Shown here one piece after another: positions 10,139-23,533 of a stretch of 64,000 nucleotides of DNA. Position 1 is the stretch's first letter, and every line of letters begins with the position of its first letter. The DNA is from Sarea resinae (Eukaryota). The DNA lies in assembly GCA_026026165.1 (NCBI GenBank), contig JAPEUD010000048.1:1-64000 (forward strand), written 5' to 3'. The notes beneath the pieces are model-generated. The model saw only the letters and a list, made by a program, of their open reading frames with translations. It did not search any database and had not been told where the DNA came from. The position numbers were made by a program, and so were the translations under genes.

Positions 10139-10939
10139 ATGGCACCACAGGTTACAAACTGGGACGACCTGATGTTGATTTCGGAGGAGTTTGAGACAGA
10201 AACCAACGAGTTTCGGTACACAATGTTTGCTGCCGTTGATGGCGATGTTATATACTTCGGCCAGCTGAACATCCCAAAACGAGACCTATCTTTCCAACAA
10301 ATTACATCCGCGCTCAGCCCAATCCCCGACGACCAAATTTTTCCGCAATGGCCGCCATCGGACATGAAAGCCACCCAGGCCCCGGAGGTGCTCCCTGCCA
10401 ACATCTACATCAAGCGACCGAATCTGTCCATGTTTGACGTCTTTAAAGAATATAACGTCCTGCATCTCCTTCCTCAGGGGCTGAAGGAGGAAGTCGAAGC
10501 CATGGAAGCCATTTGCCAGCACCCTCACCCTAACATCATTCGTTACCACGGCTGCCAAGTACGACGGGGCCGCATTACTGGTCTTGTCCTCGACCGACAC
10601 CCTATCGGCTTGAGAGACTACCTGAAGCATGAGATTGGGACTATCAACAAGGAGCTTTTCATGGAAACCCTCGAATCAGCCATCCATCACCTACATTCGC
10701 TCGGCTGGGCCCACAATGACCTCAACCCGGATAATATCTTGATCAATAAAGCTGGCATGCCGATTTTGATTGACTTTGGCTCCGCACGTGAAATCGGCCA
10801 GGAGTTGTCCACTAGTAGGGGAACTCGCGGCTGGATCGATGGCGAGATGATGGATTACACCAAGTCAGAAAAGCGCCATGATATCTCTGCTCTTGACAAG
10901 ATTCGTGCATGGTTAGATAAGCCGACATTTATAGACTGA
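10139..10939 (+). CDS. Protein kinase-like (Ser/Thr kinase fold) protein, 266 aa
   Basis: YIKRP (beta3 Lys), HPNIIRYHG, catalytic loop HNDLNPDNIL, DFG, GT.GW; uninterrupted ORF. Confidence 0.85.
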   Translation: MAPQVTNWDDLMLISEEFETETNEFRYTMFAAVDGDVIYFGQLNIPKRDLSFQQITSALSPIPDDQIFPQWPPSDMKATQAPEVLPANIYIKRPNLSMFDVFKEYNVLHLLPQGLKEEVEAMEAICQHPHPNIIRYHGCQVRRGRITGLVLDRHPIGLRDYLKHEIGTINKELFMETLESAIHHLHSLGWAHNDLNPDNILINKAGMPILIDFGSAREIGQELSTSRGTRGWIDGEMMDYTKSEKRHDISALDKIRAWLDKPTFID

Positions 10940-11130
10940 CTAGCTTAAAGCTTTGTGGGTATTCTGTGTATCATTGAATGACTATGATTGATACTGAGTC
11001 TTCGTCTCATAAGCTCGTTTTTATATTTGAGCTTAAAGACTCTCGTGGCTAGATCAATCTAAGCGCCAATTATTAGAATTTCACTGAAGTTGAGAGTACA
11101 GATAGTAGATTCTGCAATATATCTGTCGTG

Positions 11131-12570
11131 CTAAGGATGCCACATAGTACGGAATGCTTCCTTGATGCGTATAAGATACAGCTCTGCCCTCTGGTCCTCA
11201 AATGCGCTATAGTACTCCCGGATAGAAAAGGGAACTTTAGAGTCGAATGCATGTTCTAAGAGCCTGTAGACGATACCCGAGCGACACATTGCACTAGAAA
11301 TACCCAGATCAATAGCTTCAAAGATGTGGGAGAGAAGTGTATCCTGAGACGAGTATGCAGCGGCGGGTAAGTGTAATTCGTCAAATGCACGCGCGTACTC
11401 TTGACGATATCTCGACAGCTGTTCTGGGGAATCTTCGGCCGGCACAATCGGGTAGCCGTACATACACGGATCCCAATCTCGAGTGATCCACGAAGGGTAT
11501 CGTGCAAAGCCGGCAATTCGAGGCTGGGTGATGGTGTTGTCCCAATCGATGATCCCTGTAATGTTGCAATTTTCATCGATGAAGACGTTTTGAGAGTCGA
11601 AATCGGGTGGTGAGAGGACAAACGGAGGTTTAGTGGCTACGCTTCCTGGTATCGAGTCGGCTGCTAGACGCATGATCGCAAGCTCTGCTTCGCTATACTG
11701 GTTGCTCCTCTCCAGACCGTCCCACTCATCCATCAGCCAGGTTCTCGTGTCATCGTAAGGGGCGTGAGACGTGAGGAATCCCCACGTTTCTTCTTCTTTG
11801 CAATCACCAATTTTCGGTTCGGTTCGCGTGTAAAGATCGCCGATGTGGCTGAAATTTCCATCGACATCAAATGACAAAGTTCCAATTTTATCGAATTGAA
11901 GGACATGCAATTGAGACACGACTCGGGCAAGATTTCGAAGGATGGTCAGCCGTTTAGCTTCGGTGATCCAGGACTTGTCTGACCACCGCTCCAAGACAGA
12001 AATGCCACAGACAAAGGACATTAATGTGTATGGTACCCCAATAGTCGACGAACTCGTTTCCCAGAAGAACACATTCGGGATCGGCATTGAAGTGACCGAA
12101 CGAACGTGCCTCATCATCTGATTCTCCTGGTCTAGTCTTTCGACGTCAAGCTTTCCAAATGTCGAGACAGCGTTGCCCGGGATTCGCACCACCCACCGTA
12201 AGCCATCTGAGAAAGTTAGGAAGTAGACGAGGTGGTAGCTGCCCAGGATAGGTGAATCCTGATTGACATAGCATGAGATGGACTGCGTGACTTTTTCTTG
12301 GACAGGGGCTCCTGTTTCCTGCTCGCCTCGTATTCTCATTGCGACCGAGGCGAGCGCATCAAAGTCGATGGCATCAATCACCGGGCGAAAAAGCTCTAGG
12401 TCTTCATCCTCGGAGCCGTCTGATACTTCCTCTGGATTTGGTTCGTAATCTGAGGGAAAAGACGTAGAACTCTCGTCTATCACTCTACCAATGGCGGCCA
12501 GTTCAGCCACCCTCCTTTCATTGGCCTTAGGACTCAGGCTGTCTCTGGAACTGATATGAGTGTCGGCCAT
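11131..12570 (-). CDS. Aminoglycoside phosphotransferase (APH)-like kinase-fold protein, 479 aa
   Basis: GSYHLVY..F.DG..WVVRIP, IPNVF, PYTLMSFV.G, FDKIGTL, Brenner-like PPDFDSQN and GIIDWD. Confidence 0.85.
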   Translation of the reverse strand: MADTHISSRDSLSPKANERRVAELAAIGRVIDESSTSFPSDYEPNPEEVSDGSEDEDLELFRPVIDAIDFDALASVAMRIRGEQETGAPVQEKVTQSISCYVNQDSPILGSYHLVYFLTFSDGLRWVVRIPGNAVSTFGKLDVERLDQENQMMRHVRSVTSMPIPNVFFWETSSSTIGVPYTLMSFVCGISVLERWSDKSWITEAKRLTILRNLARVVSQLHVLQFDKIGTLSFDVDGNFSHIGDLYTRTEPKIGDCKEEETWGFLTSHAPYDDTRTWLMDEWDGLERSNQYSEAELAIMRLAADSIPGSVATKPPFVLSPPDFDSQNVFIDENCNITGIIDWDNTITQPRIAGFARYPSWITRDWDPCMYGYPIVPAEDSPEQLSRYRQEYARAFDELHLPAAAYSSQDTLLSHIFEAIDLGISSAMCRSGIVYRLLEHAFDSKVPFSIREYYSAFEDQRAELYLIRIKEAFRTMWHP

Positions 12571-13425
12571 TACACGGAGAATCCAGGTAGTGCTTGATCA
12601 CGCCAGATGAATGATTCGAGGGGCCCGGGATATCCAATTGCACGCTGCGCGCCTTCTTGATCAAAGATATAGCACTGGGGTCGTAACAGTGACTCTGGCG
12701 ACGGAAGTCCGGTAAAAGTCCGAGTACAGCTCAAACTTAGCGAGTTGTACGGCTTCGATCGAGGACTTGAAGCTCGGCATGGTGGTAGAACAGTAGAACA
12801 GGCGGTGTAACGATGAGAGATGTAATTGATAGGTAGAGACGATGCTACATAATGGACAGTAGGTGCGAATATAGCGGTGAAGCATTAGTACCAACAACGG
12901 CTGTACTCCGAATATATAGGAAGGGAAAGCAGTCTTGATCGATCGTATACGGACTAGGTATCGCAGAGAGACTTACTAAGACGTAATACAGTTTACATAA
13001 CATAATATAGTGTATGTGGTGAGGTAGGAGAGTGGGCGTTTGTGTCCACCCTCGTCTCCGATATAGGCTCTTGGCAGGATAAAGGAATTCTGGAGCGGAT
13101 AGAACGGGTTTGTCGCGTATCTACTCTGCTCCACCGCGCCGTAGATATTGAAGGAATCGAGCGACAAAGATCAAATCAGGACCGTGGGTACAAATTCTCG
13201 AGAAAGCATCGGAGTTGGAAAGATCAGGTCCAGTGGCCGGGATGCGGTGGGTCGTACAAAAGTGTCTGGTAGTCGACTTAGACGACCTGAAGTGGTCATC
13301 AAGACGGAAAGGCATCATCAATGCATGATCCTATCGACTGGATGTGTGTAGAAGGGAACGAAATGTCTGGTATATTCAGTCGCGGCTCATGTACACTCCA
13401 GCTCGACGCGCGAAAGCGAGTCAAG

Positions 13426-14385
13426 TCAAGACACGTCATACAAATCGTTCCAATACAAAATATCGGCCATAACGTCCTCGCCAAGGCCTAAGTGCGCATA
13501 CCATTCTCTCTTTGGCGTTCGAATCTGCACATGAACGTTCGCAGCCCTGGTCCAACCGAAGAAACCAGCCATTTCCCAGTCCACGATCGCAATGATCCGA
13601 TCGTCGTTGACAATGATGTTGGAAAGAGTTGTGTCATTGTGCATCAGACTCAAATCCCCGCCGCTCGCTCCGTCGAAGATGAGCTCCTTCTCAAGAGTTT
13701 GGATTCCTCGATGCGCAACTGGGTCTTGATCAGGAACGACGTAGGAGGGTGTCTTGAAAGGCGATTGGATGGTGGCAATCCTTCTCAGCAAAGACCGTGC
13801 CTGTTCCTTGAAAGACGCTTTCTGTGCCGCATTAAGATATGGCCACGCGACGGTCAATCCGACGCCGGGAACGCGAGACTGTACGAGAACGGCCCTTCCG
13901 TTGATCTTGGGCCTCTGTTAGCTCGTGTTGAGATCGAGTCATAAGGAGCGCAGGCACCCCACCTTATCGGCGAAATATATCTCAGGTACTGCAATATCAC
14001 CAAGAGCAAGAGTTTCTCGAGCAAGAGAAATCGCATGAACTTCGTTGGCGTCGGCAAGGCTATAGTCACGACACGCACGTCTTCCTTGAAGGGATGCGTT
14101 CAAATGGCTAGATTTGATAATCACGCTTCCCACTGCAAAGACATCCCGGCCCCCTTCTGTGTTTTCGTAGATGCGCGTCGATTGATCGCAATGCAGCTTA
14201 AGGACGCTCTCCCAGTACTGCAAGGACTCCGGTGTGGTCGAATTGATATGTTCCGACGATGGCCTAAAATCTTCAGGTCGAGGCAAATATCGGCCGTAAA
14301 AGGGCACGTCTGCATAGAGGTCGTTCTCGGGAATCTTCGTTGGATCGGCCTCGTATGGATTCATGACGGGCTCATGCTGCGACAT
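13426..14385 (-). CDS. APH/choline-kinase-like phosphotransferase, two exons (intron ~13906-13962)
   Basis: GGRDVFAVGSVIIKS, VPEIYF; a GT...GCTAAC...AG intron joins to INGRAVLVQSRVPGVGL; HNDTTLSNII and IVDWEMAGF motifs. Confidence 0.85.
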
Positions 14386-15414
14386 CGTCGAACTGGCGGG
14401 GAGAGATTTGAGAACGTTTTAGTAAGGCCGAAACGCGAAATTACTCCAAAGAAAGCCTTGCAACTGACAGATAGTAATCTTGATCAGAATGGAAAGTTGA
14501 CATACAGTCTCGAGGCTGAATAGCTAAGTGACTTCCATCGGCCACTGTTGGGTGGTCAGAGACGCTTTTTATTGACGCGCGCGTTCGCGCGTTCGAGTAG
14601 GCTATCCATATGGATGGCAGCCTAAACCGAGCTTCCGGACCAGGGGTGATTTTGCGAGCCGAGCCCACCAGCAGAAGATATTAGTATCTATAAGTCTGAA
14701 AATAATTGTATAGATAGTCTCAGGTATAAGGTAACTCCTGTGCCTTTATTAAACTTGTTCTTTATGATACCAAGTAGCGCACTATTAGCCTCCTACAAAG
14801 TCATTTTCTTGTAGATTATTAGATCCTTTCTGATTTGTATAAAGCCTGTTTATCTAATCTCAAACCCTTTTGTAGAGCAGCTTAAATCAAGCTCGCGAAA
14901 TCGCTCATTGTCCGCAAGCTCGATTTACGCTGCTACACACTGAGGATTTCAGTTGCGAGACATTAAAAATCGACGCCGCGTGTCGCCGCGGATCTGGATA
15001 TATGCTGCACAAATTCTTCAGAGAAAAATGTCGAGGCTAGAATCGGCACATATTTCTTACGCCGACTCGAGTTTCAAGTGTATACCGCAATATATAGACA
15101 AGAGAGTCAGAAAAAACCAGAGATGGCGATTTTACTAATATAGAGCGAAGGCATTTATTCGTCTGAAGTCAATCATACTTGCTTATTTGCTAGCTTGCTT
15201 TGCATACAGAATAATATCAAAGGCTAGACAGGGCTAAATACAGTAGTGGTAAAGAAAGAGCGGAACAAGTCAGGACGGTCCCTGGTTCAGCCCAGCCACC
15301 AATGATTCCCTATTCCATAAAACATATCCATAAATCATCCATCAGATCGTCACGCACCACAGACGTATATACGACCGTCCATCCAGTGAGCCAGCACCCT
15401 ATCCTACCCTACGA

Positions 15415-17719
15415 CTACAACCTCGCCAAGCCCGTAATCTCCTTGGGCGCATGATAATCAGGGACCTTCATATCGAGGTCGCGACCGGAGTAACCGAGGT
15501 CCTCAGCTGTGAGCACGGCAGCCTTCTCGCCGATCAGCAGCGCGGTGGAATACGTGTTGCAACCGACGTTATCGGGGCAGATGCTGAGGTCGGCGACCTT
15601 GAGGCCCTTGACCCCGTGAACGCTGAGTCGCTCGTCGACGACGCCGTGCTGCACAATGCTGTTGCCCTCCTTGGGCGCCATCGAGCACGTGCCGAGAGAG
15701 TGCCAGGTCGTCTCGACGTGCCGCTTGACCCACTCCTCGATGTGCGCGAGATCCGTCTCAGAGTAATAGAGGTCATCGCGGACGTTCTGTTGGGCCGAGT
15801 TCAAGAACGACGGTTGGGGCGGCTTGCCCGAGTCGACAGGAGTAGACCAGGAGCCTAGAAGAAACGGGTTTAGAGCTTTTCTCGTACTACTGATCAAAGT
15901 ATACAAAACTTACCGTGCTGGATGCCCGCGCTGATGTGATTTGGACCCGCGTAGGCGTTGGTGGTCGCGAGGTCCATATCTCGAGCTTTTGCGGGCGAGT
16001 CGTACGCGTAGAATGGGTGCATGCTGGTGACCTCACCAGCGTACGAGTCCATACGACGAGCTGTCTCGCGGGACTTGATGTAGCCCCAGACCATGGGCGC
16101 CATGTCGCGCTTGTCGTTCATGAAGCCGGCGTCAAAGTCGGGAGCATCGTACGGGTTGGGCGACACGATATTGGTGAAGCCGCGCGAGAAGGGATATTCG
16201 AGGAAGTGGAACATAGTGAAGAATTTGCCGGGCGGGAGGAGCATGTGATCGCCGAACCATCTGAATTAATCATATTAGAAATGAAGATGATGGGCTGATG
16301 AGATTCACGTACCCAGCAATTACAGAGTAATGCATGACTGGCTTATCAGGCTTGTTCTTGAAATAGCTGTCCCAACCCTTGATGAAGTCATTTGTCGGCC
16401 ATCGTTGCATATCCTTGAGCTCTTCCTCGGTGGGTCGGACCTTGACGCCCGCTTCGATACCGTTTGTTGAAAGTGGGCCGGTGCCATTGGTTTCCCATTG
16501 CTGGAAGACCTTGTCCTGGACGGCCTGATCACCGCGTACGAAGTCGTCAAAGGACTCGACGTTGGGCTTGGCGCGGTATACGGAGAAGGTGAGATAGTGG
16601 TCTTGGAAGTTAAGTCCAACACCCGGAAGGTCGATCAGGGGCTTAACGCCGACTTTGCGGAGCTTGGCCGGGTCACCTTTCGAGGTCAGCTATTGTACAG
16701 AAGAAAATCTATTTCAAATGTGACCCTACCGATACCAGAGCGCTGCAGGATGAGCGGAGAACTCAAAGTGCCGCCACTGACGATGATCTGCTTGCGAGCT
16801 TTGAAGGTCCTCGTCTTCAGCTGATTCGGGTGCAGGGGCTTGCATGGGATAGTCTGAACACCCGTGGCACGGTCGCCTTCGAGGATAATCTTGTCGGCTT
16901 TGGTGTTGACTTGAAGGAAGAGGTTGGGGTGGGCCTTCATCGTGGCATGGATGTAAGCGTGAGCGGAGTCAGACCGACGGCCGGAGTCACTAAAGCACAT
17001 TAGCTTGCTTCTTTGTAGCACAAGATATGCATACCGATTGATCCACTTGAGCCAGTGCTCGGCACCATGACCGGTCTTCAGGTCTTGAAGATCATCGGTT
17101 GTAGGAATCCCCTGAGACTCGGTGGCCTTCAAGAAGTCCTGCATGATCGGGTAGGTGTAGTTGCCAAAGGAGACCTTGATAGGACCCTCAAATCCGTGGA
17201 GCTCACGATTGCTGCTTGCTCTTTGGTAAGTCTCGTGCTTCTTCATCAGAGGCAACAGATCCTTGGTCGTCCATCCCTTGGCTTGGAAGTCGTCGTAATC
17301 GGACTCCGATGCACGAGTGTACATCTAAGGGTACAGTCAATCAATGCTCGCCCGCTTGGACAAGAATTGTTCTTACCATAAAGTTGATGGATGAACCTCC
17401 GCCAAGGATGTTTGCGCAGGGAACGACCGCGCGGCGGCCCGCAAGCCATTCCGACGGGCGAGAGTAATAGAATGAAGCTGTCTTAGAGTCAAGCTTCATG
17501 TTCTTCGGATAGATTCCCGGACGGTAGACCCTTTCGGAGTTCAGCAACGTCTCATCAATAAGCAAACATCACTTACCATGGGTCATTCAAGTTGTTCTGA
17601 CCGGCCTCGATCAACAAGACCGTAAGATTGTGGTCCAGGTTGGCCAAACGGCCAGCCACCACACAACCACATGATCCACCACCAACAACGATAATATCAA
17701 CCTCGTCCGGAATAGTCAT
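15415..17719 (-). CDS. aox1: Alcohol (methanol) oxidase, GMC oxidoreductase, multi-exon, peroxisomal (C-terminal ARL)
   Basis: N-terminus MTIPDEVDIIVVGGGSCGCVVAGRLANLD; LGGGSSINFM/MYTRAS; GGTLSSPLILQRSGIG; ETTWHSLGTCSMAP; DLSICPDNVGCNTYSTALLIGEKAA; PTS1-like ARL. Confidence 0.95.
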
Positions 17720-19614
17720 CTTGTCTTTGCGAGTTGGTAGAGATCAACCAAAGACCCCCGAGAAATCGTTCAGAAACTTCTGGAGTTTTTGGGGCCGAGT
17801 AATGGCGGTCGAACCCTCTAATATACTGCCCATGACACCCCGCACCACACCTATTCCCTCGCTATTAGGCGAACCACTGACTTCCGCCATGCTCTCATGG
17901 CTGCAACCTTGCACCTGCATCATCATTGCAATGATCGCAGCCGCTGCCCAGAACCGTACGGGTAGAGAGACCGGTTGACCGTCTGTATGCGGAACGTTCT
18001 GATGATGACCGCTAAGACCGAACCCCGCTCGACCTGGCTACGGATGGTCAAAGTCAGCACCAGCACCAGCATTGTCCCTATATTCAGATGGTTTCTAGAT
18101 CACTTGGAGTGGGTAGATCCTGGAAGCAGAGGCGATCCCGAGTAACACCGGCGTCAATCAGGCCAAGCCAATGATCGTGAATGCGGCACAAGTCCAATGG
18201 CATTCGCTGACGTTGGCTGACATCCAATTAGCAGTCCTTGCAGTTACTGGTGAACAGGTCTGCGACGAGTTGACAAGGAGATCCCTTGCGATGCCCAAGG
18301 TAGCGATGAGCTACCCCGCATTGTTCGAACCTTATTGCGCGGCTTCGAGGGATAGTGACCAGCCACCTTATGCATACCCCAGATATGACCAGGTACAGAT
18401 GTATAGAGTGCCAAGTACGAGTAGTCGCGAATGGAAAGACAGAGAGGATCGAAATCATGGATGAGAAATGTCCACGCTGACTGATACATTGATAACGGCC
18501 GTGGAAGCCGCAAATATCGAAGAAGCAACACCAAGAAAATCAGAGAAAGCCTCTCACGCCGCCTCTAGCTCTATACGTATCATGATCCCCCTCTCCTTTT
18601 AACATGATGGTAGAAGATCAAAACGCGCTGCGAAGAAAGCGTCGACAGAAAGCGATAAGAGCTGGCAAGCAAGCGTAGATGCTGAGGGTACTCGTACTCG
18701 TTACTCTACTCGGAGGTTGCTTCCCTGTCAAGCCATACGCGGGGTTTAGCGTCATCTCGCGTCTCTCGGCTTTTCCCCACGTCCGCCGGCTCCGCACCGA
18801 TGGCCAGGAATGGAAACGACATGTTTCGTCCCATCCGTCTTAGTCTTCATATCTACTCAGGTCTGCATAATTGTCTGAACTACTATGGAGGATCCGGTAA
18901 TGCGAGCCAATATCAAGAACCTGTACATTTTTGTTTTTCATACATGTATTGCGCATCATCATGTTTGTGATCAAACGAAATGTAATGTACTGTGGTCCGT
19001 GGGGGGAAGAACAAATCCTCCTAGATTTCGATCATAGACGAATTAATAGTATATCTAAGCTCAAGGCTGCCTTATCACCGCTCATCGATCAAATGACATA
19101 GATGGTCAAAGACGGTAACTCGGGTTTCACGTCCGTCCCCGGGCCGCGTCTCGGGAAAAATAAACAAGCACACGAAATGAAGACAAGGAAAGATGCGGGG
19201 GCGGTATCGCTTCGACGCCTGCGGCTCCCGGGAAAAGACATCCAGCTTCTTTGATCATTCCTGCAGCTTTCCATCCCTGAAGATACATTGGATTGTCCGG
19301 CTACCCGACCCCACAATATGTGGATGCCATCACACGGTGACGCAGGGTGAAATGCGGAGGATCCTCGCATAGTGTGGGCGATCACCGTGATCCGGGTCAA
19401 TGCCCGGTACCTCATGCTTTGAAATGCAACGTCCAATTCGTCAAATCGTTAGAGCACTCAACATTTATCATTGCTCCCTGACCTCGTTCCATTCCTTGCC
19501 ACATCATGGTATGTGACCTCCGTACCTGGGATTGTACCAGTACCTTCCAAGAACGCCCATACCCTCAACTCTTTCGTTTCATGATTCATAAGCGCTCAAG
19601 TAGTATTGACATCG

Positions 19615-22035
19615 TTACTGCAGCCGAAAAGAGCTGCTAACGCCTTGGAAAGGTTGGATTGAACCGGAGACAGGAGTCTTCGAATCTCCGTAGTAATGAA
19701 TCCGATACACGCCAGCTGAAGCAATTAGTAACACGGTCTTTATGACAGATCGAAGCTACTCACGCTTTGTTTCTGCCTCAACTTCCCATTGTATCGAAAC
19801 CTCGCTTGTTCCCAGTACGCTGCTCGTGCCCTTCCAACTGTAGACAAGAGACCAGTCGCTGTCGTCCCTGAAAGTCACCCACCTGCCCTCATTATTCATC
19901 CATTCAATGGCAGCATAGGTTCCTTCCAGCCGTAGATTGTTTCTAGGATTAGCACCAACAAACTTCGCCTCCACCAGATCGTCTCTCCCATAGGATGGTT
20001 TGACATCTAATAGGACATCCCCAAATGACTTGAAAACCGGAGGCCGGTCATAGATTACCCCTGTGATGAAACTATATGATTTGTTGATGTGATTGGGGGG
20101 AGAAGGCCCAGATTCAGGGCGCTTCTCAGCACCGACCGAGAGATAAGGAAGGTACCTCGTAGTCATATTGATGAAGGCGTTCAAGGTGTGGGGACCATAG
20201 AGGGTCGAGGCACCTTCGTACCGTTGCACGCCATACTCCTCTTCGGTTGAGATGTAGTGCGTATAGCTGTTTGCGGGACCGCCGAGAACCACTATGGGTT
20301 TGCGGTCCGCAAGACGCAGGGCTTCCGCCTCTGCCGCGATGGAATCCTTCCATCTGCGACCCGCCATTGTCGTGGCCTCTCCAGGGCTCACAATGATGAT
20401 GAGCTGACCCACCCGCAGAAGCTGAATGTCAACGACATTGGGAGTCCAGAGGTATGGTTTCTCCACTTCGCCGACGTCCAGCAAGATCGGTTTCGGCGCA
20501 TGACACCGTCTTTGCTCTTCGCTCGGCTCGCGGAGGAACCCTCCAACGACTGCCCATAACGGATTCGCATTCGGAGCATCCGAATTATTTTGTTTGAAAT
20601 CAAAGGCACCGGGTCCATCAGTGGTCCCCGCAGCGAACGAATATCCCAACGCTGCCGGACAAGTTGAGACGACACTACCATTTGGTAGAGCAAAGGTAAG
20701 ATTGGAGAAATCAGCGAAGCTGTGCAAAGATCTGACATGAGAACCTTCAACATTAACTCCCTCCTCGTCCAATTTGTCCTGAATGCATCAGAGTTTGTAC
20801 CAAAATAGATTCATCATCACTTACATAGATCTCTTTGGCTCCTAAATACTGACGTCTTCCAATCTCGAAGCAGCTCGAAGCCCCAGAGTCCTGATTACGG
20901 AAAGATGGACCCCGACCATGGCATGCTTGACTCTTCCCACCACAAGTACTATCCTCGAAGTTGCACTTCATCCCAGAGCCATCCTCACAATAGGAGCCAA
21001 GAACATTGGGTGATGTATCGCCGACGTTCGCCTGTGAGAAGCCTGCCACAAAGCCATCTGCCTCATCGCCAGAGCCTTGAATACTGCGCTCAAACAGATA
21101 GGCGGCCACACCTTTGTTGTCACCTGCAATCAAAGTATTGTTGCCCAGCAGAGAGGTTCCATGAACGGGAAACCAGGTTAGAACACCAATGTTCTTGCCA
21201 TCATCCGCCCTTTGAAATCGTAGCAACGTCATGGTTTTTTCGACATCATCCGCATACTTGTGTCTCTCTTCCTTTGAATTGGCAAGATAGGCGTAAGGGC
21301 TACGGTTGATGTTGGCATTCGCGATGTCAACGGAGCCGACGCGTAGATATCCCGGGGATAGACTCTCGTGAGCTCTCTTGATTGACAAGAGAGCGCCGTC
21401 AACAATAGCCTGATAGCTTTGTTTGTCGAAACCTCTGCTGGTGATTTGAGGGAGCAGATAATTCAACCAAGCTCCGGGACCGGCATGCGAATGGGTTCCT
21501 GTCACTGCCACGTTTCCCTGGCCATATGCTGCATATTCCGGACCCATATCCTTGAGCCCTTGAAGGATTCCATATCGCACAGCCGTGTCTCCTGACTGAA
21601 TGTCCAGCACAAGATATACAAATCTATCGCTTGGCTTTTGGCCACCTCCAATAATGAAAGCCCTGGAGTATAGTCGTTGCCGGAGGCCTGAGCCGACTTG
21701 CTGAGGGTCAGCATAACCCATCATATTGATCTGAACGACCGGTCTATATGTGGTTGTCAGTAGGTATGAGCTCTCGATAGGTCGGACTCCGCGTACCCGG
21801 TGATATCTGCTTTCCCCACACCCAGCATGTACTGGCCCCCTTTGATTTTCTCACTGGTAGTTACAGCATCCTCCAACACTATAGACTGCTTCGAACCATT
21901 GCTCCCCAGCCCAACGGGGAGACTAAGGCCTAGGATTGCTATCTGCGTGTCGCCAAATGCAAGGATCAAATGAGTTATCACTAGAAAAGCAAAGCAGGCC
22001 GCCGCGCCGGCAAGTGCAACATGGCTGCGCGTCAT
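19615..22035 (-). CDS. Neutral/alkaline non-lysosomal ceramidase, multi-exon, N-terminal anchor
   Basis: LGVGKADITG, MMGYA...GLRQRLYSRAF, GTHSHAGPG, VHGTS, AAGTTDGPG, PGEATTMAGRR, QRYEGAST, GANPRNN; last exon PGVYRIHYYGDSK ends at TAA 19615-19617. Confidence 0.93.
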
Positions 22036-22356
22036 GTTGATTGAGGTTCTCTCGAGAGTCCTTCAACTCGACAGAATCGGCATAGTAGGATTTGGGCCTA
22101 TTGGTTGAGATGTGCCATTTCGATGTTGGTCGGGTATTGAACAGCTTGCTGGAAAGCGCATGTCGATGAGCCAGGAATGTTGGCGGAGACGGCTCCGGTG
22201 TTGTGTTTTCGTCCACCGCTCTCATACGTCAGTCGACGCCTACGGCCACCCTAGCTTGGGTGGCTAAGCGAATGTCGATCAAATGCCGACTCGACTTTGC
22301 GCGATCGAGCATTGTGGACCGCCAACATCACCCAGATCACCAACATCGCTAACATC

Positions 22357-23062
22357 ATGCCTTTAATTCAAGAGTCTCACGACTCTCTACCTTGTAAGCG
22401 CAATGCACTGTCTCCCTATTTTATCAGTACTCTGACAGTGTTGTTCGATAGATATCGATCGCGACATCACGCCTCAGGAACGAGCGTTGGTCGAGAGCCA
22501 GATCGCATCCGAGCTGCCCTCCGATTCCACCACCTCCCTCCACCCAGCTATCCCCGAATTCCCTGCTCCCAAACTTTCGACTCTGATTGAGCATGAACTT
22601 GCCCGAAAAAGCGCAAATCAGCCGTTGACGGGTGGCATCGACACGACACGCTACGAGGCGCTCGACCCTCCGTCTACGGACCCGACATCCGACCAAGATC
22701 GGCCTCAAGTGCTCGAAGACTGGAAGGAGACATTACGAAAGGCCTACACTTCATCACAACATCTTCAAACGCGTCTGACGAACCTGGCGCTACTGGACGA
22801 ATTTGGCAAAAATGCGTGGCTGATTGGTAACGCCCAATTGGAGGACATACTGAGAGGGCTAGAAAAGGATCTGGTAGCTGTGAGAGCTCAGACGGATGAA
22901 GTCAACAAGGCCCGCAAAGGAGAGGAATTGGCGGTCAAGGGCAAGATAGAGGGACTTGACCAGACGTGGCAACGGGGTATTGGAAGGGTCATCGAGGTCG
23001 AACTTGCCGCCGAAGCCCTTCGACGAGAGATTTTAGATCGGAGACGTCAAGGAGCTCTATAG
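22357..23062 (+). CDS. SPF27: Pre-mRNA splicing factor SPF27/BCAS2 (Cwf7-like), one intron
   Basis: MPLIQESHDSLP-intron-YID, GIDTTRYE, RLTNLALLDEFGKNAWLIGNAQLE, VNKARK, C-terminal coiled coil. Confidence 0.9.
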
Positions 23063-23533
23063 AATGGTCTACTGGGCAGGAAAGGCTAGATGGTGCATAC
23101 TGTGGAAGTTCTAGGCGCATGGCGTGATATTCTGGTCCATCTACTTAATGCCAGAACTGACAAAACTCGGCTTTGGCTTCTAATTTGCACCTTGGTCTCT
23201 GAAATGAAGAAACAATTCATGGTGATCAAGCTGTTGCAAAGCTCGTGATGTTTGCTCTGTCTGTGAGGGATATCGCAAATGTGAAAGAGAAGGGTGTGGA
23301 ACCCGCCGATGTCAGAACGGGCGATAACATGGGAAGATCCCAGATAGTGTTTGGAAAGAAAGAAAGCAAAAGAACCCACGAGCCAAACGCCACAAGTCGT
23401 CGCGATACCGCTAACACTAAAGCAACTGCGCTGATATTCTGTAATGCGGGCGTTGGCTCGTCCATCCCTCGAGCCGTTCTTGCAGCGAAAGTCAGACGGA
23501 TCAGCAGCCAACACCGTCTCGGACCCGTGACCA

